In this document: positions 38,236-46,973 of the stretch, piece by piece
Layout: each line of letters starts with the position of its first letter
How positions within the stretch are numbered: position 1 is the stretch's first letter
Translations under genes and position numbers: made by a program
Notes under the pieces: model-generated
The model's database searches: none
Told to the model about the DNA's origin: nothing
What the model saw: the letters and a program-made list of their open reading frames with translations, nothing else
Origin: an uncultured Candidatus Melainabacteria bacterium
Lineage (GTDB): Bacteria > Cyanobacteriota > Vampirovibrionia > Gastranaerophilales > Gastranaerophilaceae
Direction of reading: 5' to 3'
NCBI GenBank assembly: GCA_934717855.1
Contig: CAKUZI010000004.1
Coordinates: 43,973 to 107,972, forward strand
DNA: 64,000 bases

Positions 38236-39609
38236 ATGGGAATGGCAGCGGGACAAGCTAGACTATTAAGCATAACAGCAAGATTGACCAATAATGAAAA
38301 TTCTGGTCAAAGTATTTCCTATTCAAAACAACGTTTAGCTGATCAAACACAACAAATTACAAATGAATATAATGAAGCTCTTAATACTACTAAATTAACG
38401 GTATTAACAGGATTTAACGGAGCTGATGCAACATATACTGATATTTCGTATGACACAATGACAAATAAACAAATGGCTGCGAATACAAAACAATATGTTG
38501 TTACAGATACCAAAGGCAGAATTTTGGTTACAGAAGATATTGCAAATGCTTACAAACAATCCGCAGGAAATTATAACCAATTTTTAGCAAAATTATCAGA
38601 TAAAGAGGGGGGGCCTTATACTCAATCTGATTTGAAAGTTCAAGATAACGGAACCTATAACAATGCTGATTTAATAGGTGCTGCACAAAAAATCCATGAA
38701 GCTTGGGATAAATACTTTGCGTCAGTTGGTATTGAATGCAACGATGACGAACATAAAGGGATTTATAATGATGGTAAATATAGATTCCAATGGAATAACG
38801 TGTTGGATACAAATGACAAAGGAGAATATTTAGACAAAGACGGTAAAGTTATTACTGCAGATGAAGCTAAAACAAAAGGCTATTCATCAGTTGGTAGTGG
38901 TTATGCAAGTTGGGCTGTTTTAGATAAAAATGGAGAACCTACCGGCGAATATACTCCAATCAACTATGAAGGTACAACTGAAGAATCTCGTGAATTATTT
39001 GATTATGCGATGGCTATAACAGAATCATTCATGAGAACAGAAAAAAACTTAAAAGCAGAAGGCAAATCAGCAGAGATGAATGAGGTATTTGATCCAGAGA
39101 AATACACATTAAATCTTGATTCTAGCAACAAAGCTGATTTGGCTTACTACAAAAATATCTTCTCAAAAATGCAATCAAGCGGATATTTTACTTACACAAA
39201 TACTCCTGCAAAAGCTGTTAACGATCCTGAACACTATAAAATAGCTTCTATTGGAACTGGTACAGCTGGCAATGTTCAAAAATCTCCATTGAAAGATAAT
39301 ACTGTTTTTGAAGCAGCTTTGAGAGACGGCTCATTAAGGTTGGAATATTATTCAACAACTTCAAAATCATTTAAGACAACTACAATTTCAGAAGACAATT
39401 GCATTCAAGAAGTTGCAGATGAAAGAGCTATTGCAAGAGCTGAATCAAAATATAATCAAGATATGGCAGATCTAGAAAATCAAGATAAGAAGCTTGATTT
39501 GGAACTAAAAAAACTTGATACAGAACACTCTGCTTTGCAAACAGAATATGATTCAGTTAAAAACGTAGTTGACAAAAACGTTGAAAGTTCATTCAAAACA
39601 TTTGGATAA
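38236..39609 (+). CDS. paralog B of the family with conserved N/C termini and a variable core; contains a G7 tract
   Basis: Start at MGMAAGQARLLSITARLTN, with an AAAGGAAAA RBS. C-terminus ...DSVKNVVDKNVESSFKTFG is identical in its last 11 residues to paralog A. G7 tract at 38606..38612. Confidence 0.6.
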   Translation: MGMAAGQARLLSITARLTNNENSGQSISYSKQRLADQTQQITNEYNEALNTTKLTVLTGFNGADATYTDISYDTMTNKQMAANTKQYVVTDTKGRILVTEDIANAYKQSAGNYNQFLAKLSDKEGGPYTQSDLKVQDNGTYNNADLIGAAQKIHEAWDKYFASVGIECNDDEHKGIYNDGKYRFQWNNVLDTNDKGEYLDKDGKVITADEAKTKGYSSVGSGYASWAVLDKNGEPTGEYTPINYEGTTEESRELFDYAMAITESFMRTEKNLKAEGKSAEMNEVFDPEKYTLNLDSSNKADLAYYKNIFSKMQSSGYFTYTNTPAKAVNDPEHYKIASIGTGTAGNVQKSPLKDNTVFEAALRDGSLRLEYYSTTSKSFKTTTISEDNCIQEVADERAIARAESKYNQDMADLENQDKKLDLELKKLDTEHSALQTEYDSVKNVVDKNVESSFKTFG

Positions 39610-39619
39610 GGAGTTGTGA

Positions 39620-40162
39620 TAACCCCTCTCTGAAATTTGTAAATTCGCCTGTCTATTAAATGATAAAGACAGTCTCATTAACAAATTTCTTCTCTCCCCA
39701 AAGGGCGAGATTAGAGAACATTTAACCTTATTTCTTCTAATACATTTTCTATATTATTGTTTATTTTGTTATTATAAACTCTAATAATTCTATAGCCTTG
39801 TTCTTTGAGAAATTTATCTCTTATTTCATCGTGCTGAGTTTGTTTTTCTTCAAGATGCCCTGAACCATCTAGTTCAATAATTAAATTCTTTTCTTTGCAA
39901 ACAAAATCTACAATATAATTTCCTATTGGTGCTTGTCGACGAAACTTAAGCCCCATAAATCTTCTAGCTCTTAAATTAAACCAAAGTTTTTGTTCAAATA
40001 TTGTCATATCTGAACGTAGTTCTTTTGCTTTTTGTAATGAAAAATTTGTATAATTGTGATTAGCTTTCTGCATAAATAAAGTATAACATAATCTCGCCCT
40101 TTGGGGAGAGAAGAAATTTCTTAGCGAATTTGAATGAGCTTAGGAATTTTAGAGAGGGGTTA
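39620..40162. mobile_element. small cassette carrying a DUF559 endonuclease gene, bounded by nested inverted repeats
   Basis: Outer IR TAACCCCTCTCTGAAATT (39620..39637) vs its reverse complement at 40145..40162, 17/18 matching. Inner 32-bp IR AAATTTCTTCTCTCCCCAAAGGGCGAGATTAG (39683..39714) vs 40089..40120, perfect. The cassette fills the convergent spacer between the paralog B stop and the rdgB stop. Confidence 0.6.
39711..40073 (-). CDS. DUF559 (Vsr-like / PD-(D/E)xK) endonuclease domain protein
   Basis: 120 aa. IFEQKLWFNLRARRFMGLKFRRQAPIGNYIVDFVCKEKNLIIELDGSGH...RVY is typical of DUF559. Confidence 0.7.
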   Translation of the reverse strand: MQKANHNYTNFSLQKAKELRSDMTIFEQKLWFNLRARRFMGLKFRRQAPIGNYIVDFVCKEKNLIIELDGSGHLEEKQTQHDEIRDKFLKEQGYRIIRVYNNKINNNIENVLEEIRLNVL

Positions 40163-40759
40163 GATATTTGTTTTTTTCAAAAACTCCAAAACATTTCTCA
40201 AGGCTTGGCCTCTGTGGGAAATTTTGTTTTTGTCATCTTCTGAAAGTTCTGCCATTGTAATCTCAATTCCCTGTGTTTTAGTAAACGGAGTATCGTTTGG
40301 AATAAACACAGGATCATAACCAAAACCGTTTGTACCTGCTTGTTTGTATGCTATATGCCCGTGACATTCTCCGCGAGTTTGAAAAACAATTTCTCCGTTC
40401 GGATTTACTATTGTCATTGCGCAAACAAATTTTGCGTTACGGTTTTCTTTTCCGATCAATGCATTTAAAAGTTTGTCAATTCTTGCTTGAGGTGTATCAG
40501 CGTATCTTGCAGAATATATTCCTGGAGCACCATCCAGTGCTTCAACACAAAGTCCTGAATCGTCTGCAAGTGCAAGTATTCCGCTCAGTTTTGACGCTTC
40601 TTTGGCTTTTATATATGAATTTTCTTCAAAAGTTGTTCCGTCTTCTATTGGGTCAAAGCCGTTTGGCGGTAATAAAAAATTTATATCAGTATCTCCTGCA
40701 ATGTTTTTAATCTCTTGCAATTTATGTGGATTTGATGTTGCGAATACAAGTTTAATCAT
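40160..40759 (-). CDS. rdgB: non-canonical purine NTP pyrophosphatase (RdgB/HAM1 family)
   Basis: Start at MIKLVFATSNPHKLQE, with an AAGGAG RBS. GFGYDPVFIP motif. The longer ORF-track N-extension runs into repeat DNA. Confidence 0.85.
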   Translation of the reverse strand: MIKLVFATSNPHKLQEIKNIAGDTDINFLLPPNGFDPIEDGTTFEENSYIKAKEASKLSGILALADDSGLCVEALDGAPGIYSARYADTPQARIDKLLNALIGKENRNAKFVCAMTIVNPNGEIVFQTRGECHGHIAYKQAGTNGFGYDPVFIPNDTPFTKTQGIEITMAELSEDDKNKISHRGQALRNVLEFLKKTNI

Positions 40760-40782
40760 TGGAACTCCTTTGTTTTTTATAG

Positions 40783-40896
40783 TGAATAGTGAGTAGTGAA
40801 TAGTGCTTATAGCTCGCTTTGCTCGAAAAATAAATTTGGCGTAAGCCCGTAAAGGTCTACTCACTATTTCACAATTCACCATTCACTATAAAAACT
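40783..40896. repeat. palindromic 'AGTGAATAG-family' intergenic element (rdgB-uppS spacer)
   Basis: AGTGAATAGTGAGTAGTGAATAGTG...TTGGCGTAAGCCCGTAAAGGTCTACTCACTATTTCACAATTCACCATTCACTAT. Arms are mutually inverted. Matches 46851..46960. Confidence 0.7.
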
Positions 40897-40900
40897 AAAA

Positions 40901-41617
40901 TTACTTCCCAAACCTTCTTTGTCTGTTATGAAATTCTTCAACGGCGTCTGCAAGAGAATTCTTATCAAACTCCGGCCAATACTGTTTTGTTACAAGAATT
41001 TCAGAATATGCGATTTGCCACAAAAGGTAGTTGGAAATTCTTTTTTCTCCACCTGTTCTGATTAATAAATCAGGGTCAGGAATTCCTTTTGTGTAAAGGT
41101 TTTGAGAAATCAATTCTTCTGTTATGTTTTCAGGTGCAATCCCTAGTGTAACGATGCTTTTTACTGCGTGAACAATTTCATCTCGTGCACCATAATTGAA
41201 AGCGATTTGAAGATGTACACCGGTATTATTTTTTGTTGTTTCAACAGAATTGTTTAGGATTTTTTGAAGTTTCGGACTAAGTTTTTGTGTATCGCCGATA
41301 AAACTAATTACAACACCTTCAGAGTGCATTTCTGCAAGTTCATTAGTTAAGGTGATTGCAAGAAGTTCCATTAAAAAATCAACTTCTTCTTTTTTTCTAT
41401 TCCAATTTTCTGTTGAAAATGCGTACACCGTCAAATATTTAATTCCAAAATCTTTGCAAGCACGAAGAGTTGCTTTCAGAGCGTCAACTCCTTTTTTGTG
41501 TCCCATTGCCGATGGAAGATTTTTTTCTTTTGCCCAGCGACGGTTTCCGTCCATAATTATTGCGATGTGTTGTAAATTTGTATCTTTTACTATTTCAGCT
41601 ATTTTTGTTGTGTCCAT
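40901..41617 (-). CDS. uppS: di-trans,poly-cis-undecaprenyl diphosphate synthase
   Basis: 238 aa. HIAIIMDGNRRWAK. RTGGEKRISNYLLWQIAYSE. Confidence 0.9.
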   Translation of the reverse strand: MDTTKIAEIVKDTNLQHIAIIMDGNRRWAKEKNLPSAMGHKKGVDALKATLRACKDFGIKYLTVYAFSTENWNRKKEEVDFLMELLAITLTNELAEMHSEGVVISFIGDTQKLSPKLQKILNNSVETTKNNTGVHLQIAFNYGARDEIVHAVKSIVTLGIAPENITEELISQNLYTKGIPDPDLLIRTGGEKRISNYLLWQIAYSEILVTKQYWPEFDKNSLADAVEEFHNRQRRFGK

Positions 41618-41655
41618 GATTTTAATTATATTGTAAAAATATTAAAATAACAAGT

Positions 41656-41776
41656 CTTTAAGTCGATAAGGCGATAGGACGTTAAGTTCATTTTGTTAAA
41701 CAGTCTGGACGAAATTTTATTAATAAAATTTGATGTAAAGAACTTTATGACTTATCGACTTAACGTCTTATAGTCT
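41656..41776. repeat. short-word repeat region (GATAAG / GTTAAG units in inverted arrangement)
   Basis: TTAAGTCGATAAGGCGATAGGACGTTAAGT ... ACTTATCGACTTAACGTCTTATAG. A related block lies at 23171..23203 after rpoA. Confidence 0.5.
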
Positions 41777-41991
41777 TTTTAATATTTTACATACAAAAAA
41801 ATTTTGGCGTGCTAATTATTGTAATGGTCTAGTCACTATTCACAATTCACTACTCACTTCCCCAAAATATGAACTTTGCTTAACCTCTCTTTTCAAATTA
41901 TTTACAAAAAAACTTGTTCATGTGATAATAATTGTTGAAAGCTAAAAATATAATAGCGAATGTACACAATATAAAAAAGGAAAAAACAAAA

Positions 41992-44079
41992 ATGGCTAGA
42001 CAAACTCCATTAGAAAAAATCAGAAACATTGGTATTGCCGCTCACATCGATGCTGGTAAAACCACTACAACTGAACGTATTTTGTTTTACACAGGTAAAA
42101 CTCATAAAATCGGCGAAACTCACGATGGTGCTGCCGTAACTGACTTTATGGAACAAGAAAAAGAACGTGGTATTACAATCCAATCAGCTGCTGTAACAGC
42201 TTCTTGGAAAGGTCACCAAATTAACATTATCGATACCCCGGGTCACGTTGACTTCACAATCGAAGTTGAACGTTCACTTCGTGTATTAGACGGTGTTGTT
42301 GCTGTATTCTGTGCAGTAGGTGGTGTTCAATCTCAATCTGAAACAGTTTGGAGACAAGCTAACAGATACGAAGTTCCACGTATGGTATTCGTAAACAAAA
42401 TGGACAGAACAGGTGCTGATTTCTACAGAGTTGTAGACCAAATCAAAACAAGATTAGGAGCTAACGCTGTTCCTATTCAATTGCCTATCGGTTCTGAAGA
42501 TAAATTCAACGGTCTTATTGACTTGATGACAATGAGAGCTGAAATCTATACTAACGACCTAGGTACTGATATTAAAGAAGAAGATATTCCTGCTGATATG
42601 TTGGAAAAAGCTCAAGAATATCATGATGCTATGGTTGAAGCTATCGCTTCAGAAGATGACGCTTTGATGGAAAAATATTTTGAAGATCCATCATCTATCA
42701 CAGTTGACGAATTGAAAGCTGTTTTGAGAAAAGCTGTTTGCGAAAACAAAATCGTTCCTGTAACTTGTGGTACAGCATTCAAAAACAAAGGTGTTCAATT
42801 GTTATTGAACGCAGTTGTTGATTATATGCCATCACCGGTTGATGTAAAAGCTATTGAAGGTGAACTTGAAGATGGAACAAAAACTGAAAGACATTCATCA
42901 GATACAGAACCTTTCTCAGCTTTGGCATTTAAAGTTATGACTGACCCTTATGTAGGTCGTTTGACTTTCTTAAGAGTTTATTCAGGTGTAATTACTGCAG
43001 GTTCTTACGTTCTTAACGCTACAAACGGCAAAAAAGAACGTATCGCTCGTTTGGTTCGTATGTACGCTGACCAAAGACTTGAAGAACAAGAAGTTTACGC
43101 TGGTGACATCTGTGCAGCAGTTGGTTTGAAAGACACAACAACAGGTGATACATTGTGTGACGAAAAAGCTCCAATCATCTTGGAAAGAATGACTTTCCCT
43201 GAACCTGTAATCTCAGTTGCTATTGAACCAAAAACAAAAGCTGACCAAGATAAAATGGGTATCGCTCTTCAAAAACTTGCTGAAGAAGATCCTTCATTCA
43301 GAGTTAAATCTGATACAGAAACAGGTCAAACAATCATTTCTGGTATGGGTGAACTTCACTTGGATATCATTGTTGACCGTATGTTAAGAGAATTCAAAGT
43401 TGAAGCTAACATTGGTAAACCACAAGTTGCTTACAGAGAAACAATTCGTGGAAACGCTGATCAAGACTCTAAATTCATCCGTCAATCAGGTGGTAAAGGT
43501 CAATATGGTCACGTTAAAGTTAGAATTTCTCCAGCAGAAGAAAATGCCGGATTTGTATTTGAAAACAAAATCGTTGGTGGTGCTATTCCTAAAGAATACA
43601 TCGAACCTGCAAGAAAAGGTATGGAAGAAGCTCTTGAGGGCGGTATCTTAGCAGGATTCCCAATGATTGACGTTAAAGTTGAACTTTATGATGGATCTTA
43701 TCACGAAGTTGACTCTTCAGAAATGGCGTTCAAAATCGCTGGTTCTATGGCTATTAAAGATGGTTGTCGTAAAGCTCAACCTTGTATTCTTGAACCAATG
43801 ATGAAAGTTGAAATCGAAATTCCTGATGAATTCACTGGTACAATTATTGGTGATATTTCAAGACGTCGTGGACGTGTTGAAGGTCAAGAACCTCAAGGTA
43901 ATACAGGTAACGTAATTGTTAGAGCATTAGTTCCATTGGCAAATATGTTCGGTTACGCAACAGACTTGAGATCAAATACTCAAGGTCGTGGAACATTCTC
44001 AATGGAATTCCACAACTACGAACAAGTTCCTGCTAACGTAGAAAAAGAAATTATCGAGAAATCAGGTGCTAAAGCGTAG
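41992..44079 (+). CDS. fusA: translation elongation factor G
   Basis: Start at [36 protein letters not shown]1-G5 motifs. 696 aa. Confidence 0.95.
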   Translation: MARQTPLEKIRNIGIAAHIDAGKTTTTERILFYTGKTHKIGETHDGAAVTDFMEQEKERGITIQSAAVTASWKGHQINIIDTPGHVDFTIEVERSLRVLDGVVAVFCAVGGVQSQSETVWRQANRYEVPRMVFVNKMDRTGADFYRVVDQIKTRLGANAVPIQLPIGSEDKFNGLIDLMTMRAEIYTNDLGTDIKEEDIPADMLEKAQEYHDAMVEAIASEDDALMEKYFEDPSSITVDELKAVLRKAVCENKIVPVTCGTAFKNKGVQLLLNAVVDYMPSPVDVKAIEGELEDGTKTERHSSDTEPFSALAFKVMTDPYVGRLTFLRVYSGVITAGSYVLNATNGKKERIARLVRMYADQRLEEQEVYAGDICAAVGLKDTTTGDTLCDEKAPIILERMTFPEPVISVAIEPKTKADQDKMGIALQKLAEEDPSFRVKSDTETGQTIISGMGELHLDIIVDRMLREFKVEANIGKPQVAYRETIRGNADQDSKFIRQSGGKGQYGHVKVRISPAEENAGFVFENKIVGGAIPKEYIEPARKGMEEALEGGILAGFPMIDVKVELYDGSYHEVDSSEMAFKIAGSMAIKDGCRKAQPCILEPMMKVEIEIPDEFTGTIIGDISRRRGRVEGQEPQGNTGNVIVRALVPLANMFGYATDLRSNTQGRGTFSMEFHNYEQVPANVEKEIIEKSGAKA

Positions 44080-44103
44080 TTAAAGCTAAATGCAATTAAA
44101 TTA

Positions 44104-44140
44104 GAAATAGGGTTTTCAGTTTTGAGAACCCTATTTTTAT
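44104..44140 (+). terminator. rho-independent terminator after fusA
   Basis: AATAGGGTTTTCAGTTTTGAGAACCCTATTTTTAT. Confidence 0.65.
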
Positions 44141-44182
44141 ATGGAAAATTTATAATAAATCAATTGATATATTTATAAAATA

Positions 44183-44509
44183 TTATTTATACTTTTTAAC
44201 AGCAATAATCAAATCTTTAATGAGATGCAGTTCCGGTATTGATGATGTTTGTATCAATTCACAAACCTCTGTTCTTAGACTATTATCATTGACAGGGGTA
44301 AGATTAAAAAAATCATTGATATCTATATCAAGAACCTGTGCAATTTTAACAAATGTTTCAAGTGACGGGAAAGAATTTCCGTTCTCAATTGTGCACATGT
44401 GACGCGGAGAAATGTCAATTTTTTCAGAAAGTTTTTCTTGTGAAATTCCTTTTTCTACGCGTATTTGCTTGATTTTTTGTCCGATAATTTCTTTGTCTAA
44501 TTTCATCAT
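44183..44509 (-). CDS. XRE-family (Cro/C1-type HTH) transcriptional regulator
   Basis: 108 aa. IGQKIKQIRVEKGISQEKLSEKIDISPRHMCTIENG. Divergent from the pseudopilin gene. Confidence 0.75.
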   Translation of the reverse strand: MMKLDKEIIGQKIKQIRVEKGISQEKLSEKIDISPRHMCTIENGNSFPSLETFVKIAQVLDIDINDFFNLTPVNDNSLRTEVCELIQTSSIPELHLIKDLIIAVKKYK

Positions 44510-44571
44510 ATACCTTAATTAAAATATATAGATAATGTTAAATCGATATAATGATATTAATATCAATAATC

Positions 44572-44600
44572 TTGACAAATTGATATAGATATCGTATAAT
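44572..44600 (+). promoter_or_regulatory. consensus sigma70-type promoter (TTGACA-17-TATAAT) with overlapping palindromes, upstream of the pseudopilin gene
   Basis: TTGACA at 44572..44577, a 17-nt spacer, TATAAT at 44595..44600. The 14-bp perfect palindrome TGATATTAATATCA lies just upstream and could be an operator. Confidence 0.6.
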
Positions 44601-44629
44601 AATCATGTATACAATCAAGAAAGGTGGAA

Positions 44630-45355
44630 ATGATTATGAGATTAACAAATGAGAGAGCTGGATTTACACTCGCTGAGGTTTTGATTACTTTGGGTATTAT
44701 TGGGGTAGTTGCAGCAATGACTATGCCAACATTGATGAACCAAACAAACGGTGCACAGTACAAAGCAGCTTACAAAAAAGCGTTGTCTGCAATTTCTCAA
44801 GGTGTAACTTTGAACGTTGCTCTAGATGACGCTAGTTTTGCAGATGCTGTTGCTGGTGATGCTGGTAAAACTGACAAACCAACATCAGGTGATTCTGTAG
44901 CAAGTATTTTGGGGGCAAGAATGAACGTTGTTAAAGCTGCAAGTACCGCAGCAGAGGGTGGATATTCTTCTTTCCCTGGAACTTTAGGCACTGTAACAAC
45001 ATGTAAAGAAGCAGGTAAAAAACCAGGTGATGACGGTTGTACACAACAAACCACAAATGTAGTTCCTGATACATACTTATTCTTTAATGATGGCTCAATG
45101 TTTGCCTATAAAGCAGTTGATGCTGTAGCTTGTTCTAAAGATGGTAATGTTGATGGTGGTAAAGTTTGTGTCGGTGTAATCGATGTAAACGGTGCAAAAG
45201 GTCCAAACAAAGTTGTACAATGTGATAATGGAACTGGGACTGATTCTAAACCGTGTACAGCCGGTAATCCTACAGATATATACCCTGTTGAGTTTTATGA
45301 CCAAACAATTTTGCCAGCTTCAGCTGCTGCAAGAGCTGTATTGTATGGCAAGTAG
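44630..45355 (+). CDS. prepilin-type N-terminal cleavage/methylation domain protein (pseudopilin)
   Basis: Leader MIMRLTNERAG, then FTLAEVLITLGIIGVVAAMTMPTLM. GAAAGGTGG RBS. Gly/Thr-rich, Cys-containing C-terminal domain. Confidence 0.7.
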   Translation: MIMRLTNERAGFTLAEVLITLGIIGVVAAMTMPTLMNQTNGAQYKAAYKKALSAISQGVTLNVALDDASFADAVAGDAGKTDKPTSGDSVASILGARMNVVKAASTAAEGGYSSFPGTLGTVTTCKEAGKKPGDDGCTQQTTNVVPDTYLFFNDGSMFAYKAVDAVACSKDGNVDGGKVCVGVIDVNGAKGPNKVVQCDNGTGTDSKPCTAGNPTDIYPVEFYDQTILPASAAARAVLYGK

Positions 45356-45473
45356 AAATTTGATGTGAAGAGTAAGTGGGTTTGAATATAAATTTTGTGC
45401 GTAAGCACTGAAAAGGACTATTCACTTCTCACGTTTCACTTTTCACTCAATAAAACAAATCGAATCTTTTTGT

Positions 45474-45510
45474 AGACCGGAAATCTTTTCACGCCGGTCT
45501 TTTTTTTATT
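45474..45510 (+). terminator. rho-independent terminator after the pseudopilin gene
   Basis: AGACCGGAAATCTTTTCACGCCGGTCT plus a T8 run. Confidence 0.65.
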
Positions 45511-45686
45511 CCTTTATTCAAAAGGTGAGGGAGGGAGGTAGAAAGGCGGTGAAAGTGGGTTTTGCTATGTAATAATTATTGTTCCAAGTAGGCTATTTAT
45601 AAAATTTTTTTATTGACATAAAAAAAAATTAATTATACAATTGTTGTAAAAACAACATAGTATAAATATTCAGACAGGGAGAGTAA

Positions 45687-46847
45687 ATGAAGAAAAATAT
45701 TATAATATTTTTGTCGGTAATTATTGCGGCAATTTTGATTAGATATGGTTTTTCAATGTTCGGAACAATTATGCAAGGAAAGGCGATGAAAAACAAGCCT
45801 GCTCCGTCTGTTACGGTTCAAGAAGTTGAAACAAAAAACGTTATTAGAAGTTTTGAAGCTCCGGGGCGTGTAGTTTCTAAATATAGAGTTGACGTAATGG
45901 CACGTATTTCCGGATATCTTTTGAAAAGTTATTTTAAAGAGGGCGATTATGTTAAGGCCGGTCAAGTTTTATTCCAAATTGAGCCGAATGAATATTCAAA
46001 TGCTTCTAGCGTAGCATCTGCAAATGTTAAAAATTTAAAAGCTCAACTCGTATATGCAGAAAAACAATTGGCACGTGCTTCTGAACTTGTGAAAAAGGAT
46101 TATATTGCAAAAGCACAATATGACCAAATTTTGTCTCAAAGAGATGCTTTGAGAGCTCAATTGGCTTCTGCGCAGGCTTCTTTAAATGATGCGAATAGAA
46201 ATCTTGGTTATACTAGAGTAAAATCACCGGTAAATGGTAAAGTTGGTATAATTAATGTAACAGTCGGAAACTATGTTTCTCCAACTTCAGGAGCTTTAAC
46301 GACAATTAACAGTACAAATCCGATTTATGTTACTTTCCCTATTGAATCTGCTGATTTTCAGGCACTTGCTGTTGCTGACAAATCAAATAACAAAAACAGA
46401 AAAGTTGAACTTATAATGAACGGTGGAGTTAAGTATGCAAAACTTGGTGTTCAAGATTTTCAAGACAACAAAGTTGACCAAACTACCGGCACAGTAACAA
46501 TGAGAGCTACTTTTGATAATCCGAATAATGAACTTATTCATGGGGAATTCGTAACAGTAAAATTGTATTCAAATAATCCTGTAGAAGTTCCTGTTGCACC
46601 GATTACAGCTGTTTTGGAAAACCAAGCAGGAAAATATGTTTATAAATTAGATGAAAAAAATCTTCCTCAGCTTGTTTATGTAAAAACAGGGGAGCAAAAT
46701 GGTGATAATTGGATAATCAAAGAGGGATTGCAAAAGGGAGACAGAATTGTTACAGAGGGGCTTCAAAAAGTAATTCCTGGAAAACCTGTGACAATCGTGA
46801 CTGCAGACGAGATGAAGAAAATTAAAAATGGAAAAGAAAGTGAGTAG
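45687..46847 (+). CDS. RND efflux periplasmic adaptor (membrane fusion protein, AcrA/HlyD-like)
   Basis: 386 aa. N-terminal anchor, coiled-coil hairpin (QLVYAEKQLARASELVKKDYIAKAQYDQ), beta-barrel and MP domains. Confidence 0.85.
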   Translation: MKKNIIIFLSVIIAAILIRYGFSMFGTIMQGKAMKNKPAPSVTVQEVETKNVIRSFEAPGRVVSKYRVDVMARISGYLLKSYFKEGDYVKAGQVLFQIEPNEYSNASSVASANVKNLKAQLVYAEKQLARASELVKKDYIAKAQYDQILSQRDALRAQLASAQASLNDANRNLGYTRVKSPVNGKVGIINVTVGNYVSPTSGALTTINSTNPIYVTFPIESADFQALAVADKSNNKNRKVELIMNGGVKYAKLGVQDFQDNKVDQTTGTVTMRATFDNPNNELIHGEFVTVKLYSNNPVEVPVAPITAVLENQAGKYVYKLDEKNLPQLVYVKTGEQNGDNWIIKEGLQKGDRIVTEGLQKVIPGKPVTIVTADEMKKIKNGKESE

Positions 46848-46850
46848 AGG

Positions 46851-46960
46851 CTAGTGAGTAGTGAATGGTACTTATCGTTCGCTTCGCTCAAAAAATATTT
46901 GGCGTAAGCCCATAATGGCCTACTCACTATTCACCATTCACTATTCACTTCTTAAAACCA
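46851..46960. repeat. palindromic 'AGTGAATAG-family' element in the acrA-acrB spacer
   Basis: GTGAGTAGTGAATGGTACTTATCG...TTGGCGTAAGCCCATAATGGCCTACTCACTATTCACCATTCACTATTCAC. About 85% identical to 40783..40896. Confidence 0.7.
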
Positions 46961-46973
46961 AAAAGGATCTAAA

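Noticed and set aside
40760-40882. Longer ORF-track start for rdgB (MVNCEIVSRPLRAYAKFIFRAK...).
   Set aside because: The extension runs through the palindromic repeat and lacks an RBS. MIKLVFATSNPHKLQE at 40759 has an AAGGAG RBS and matches RdgB N-termini.
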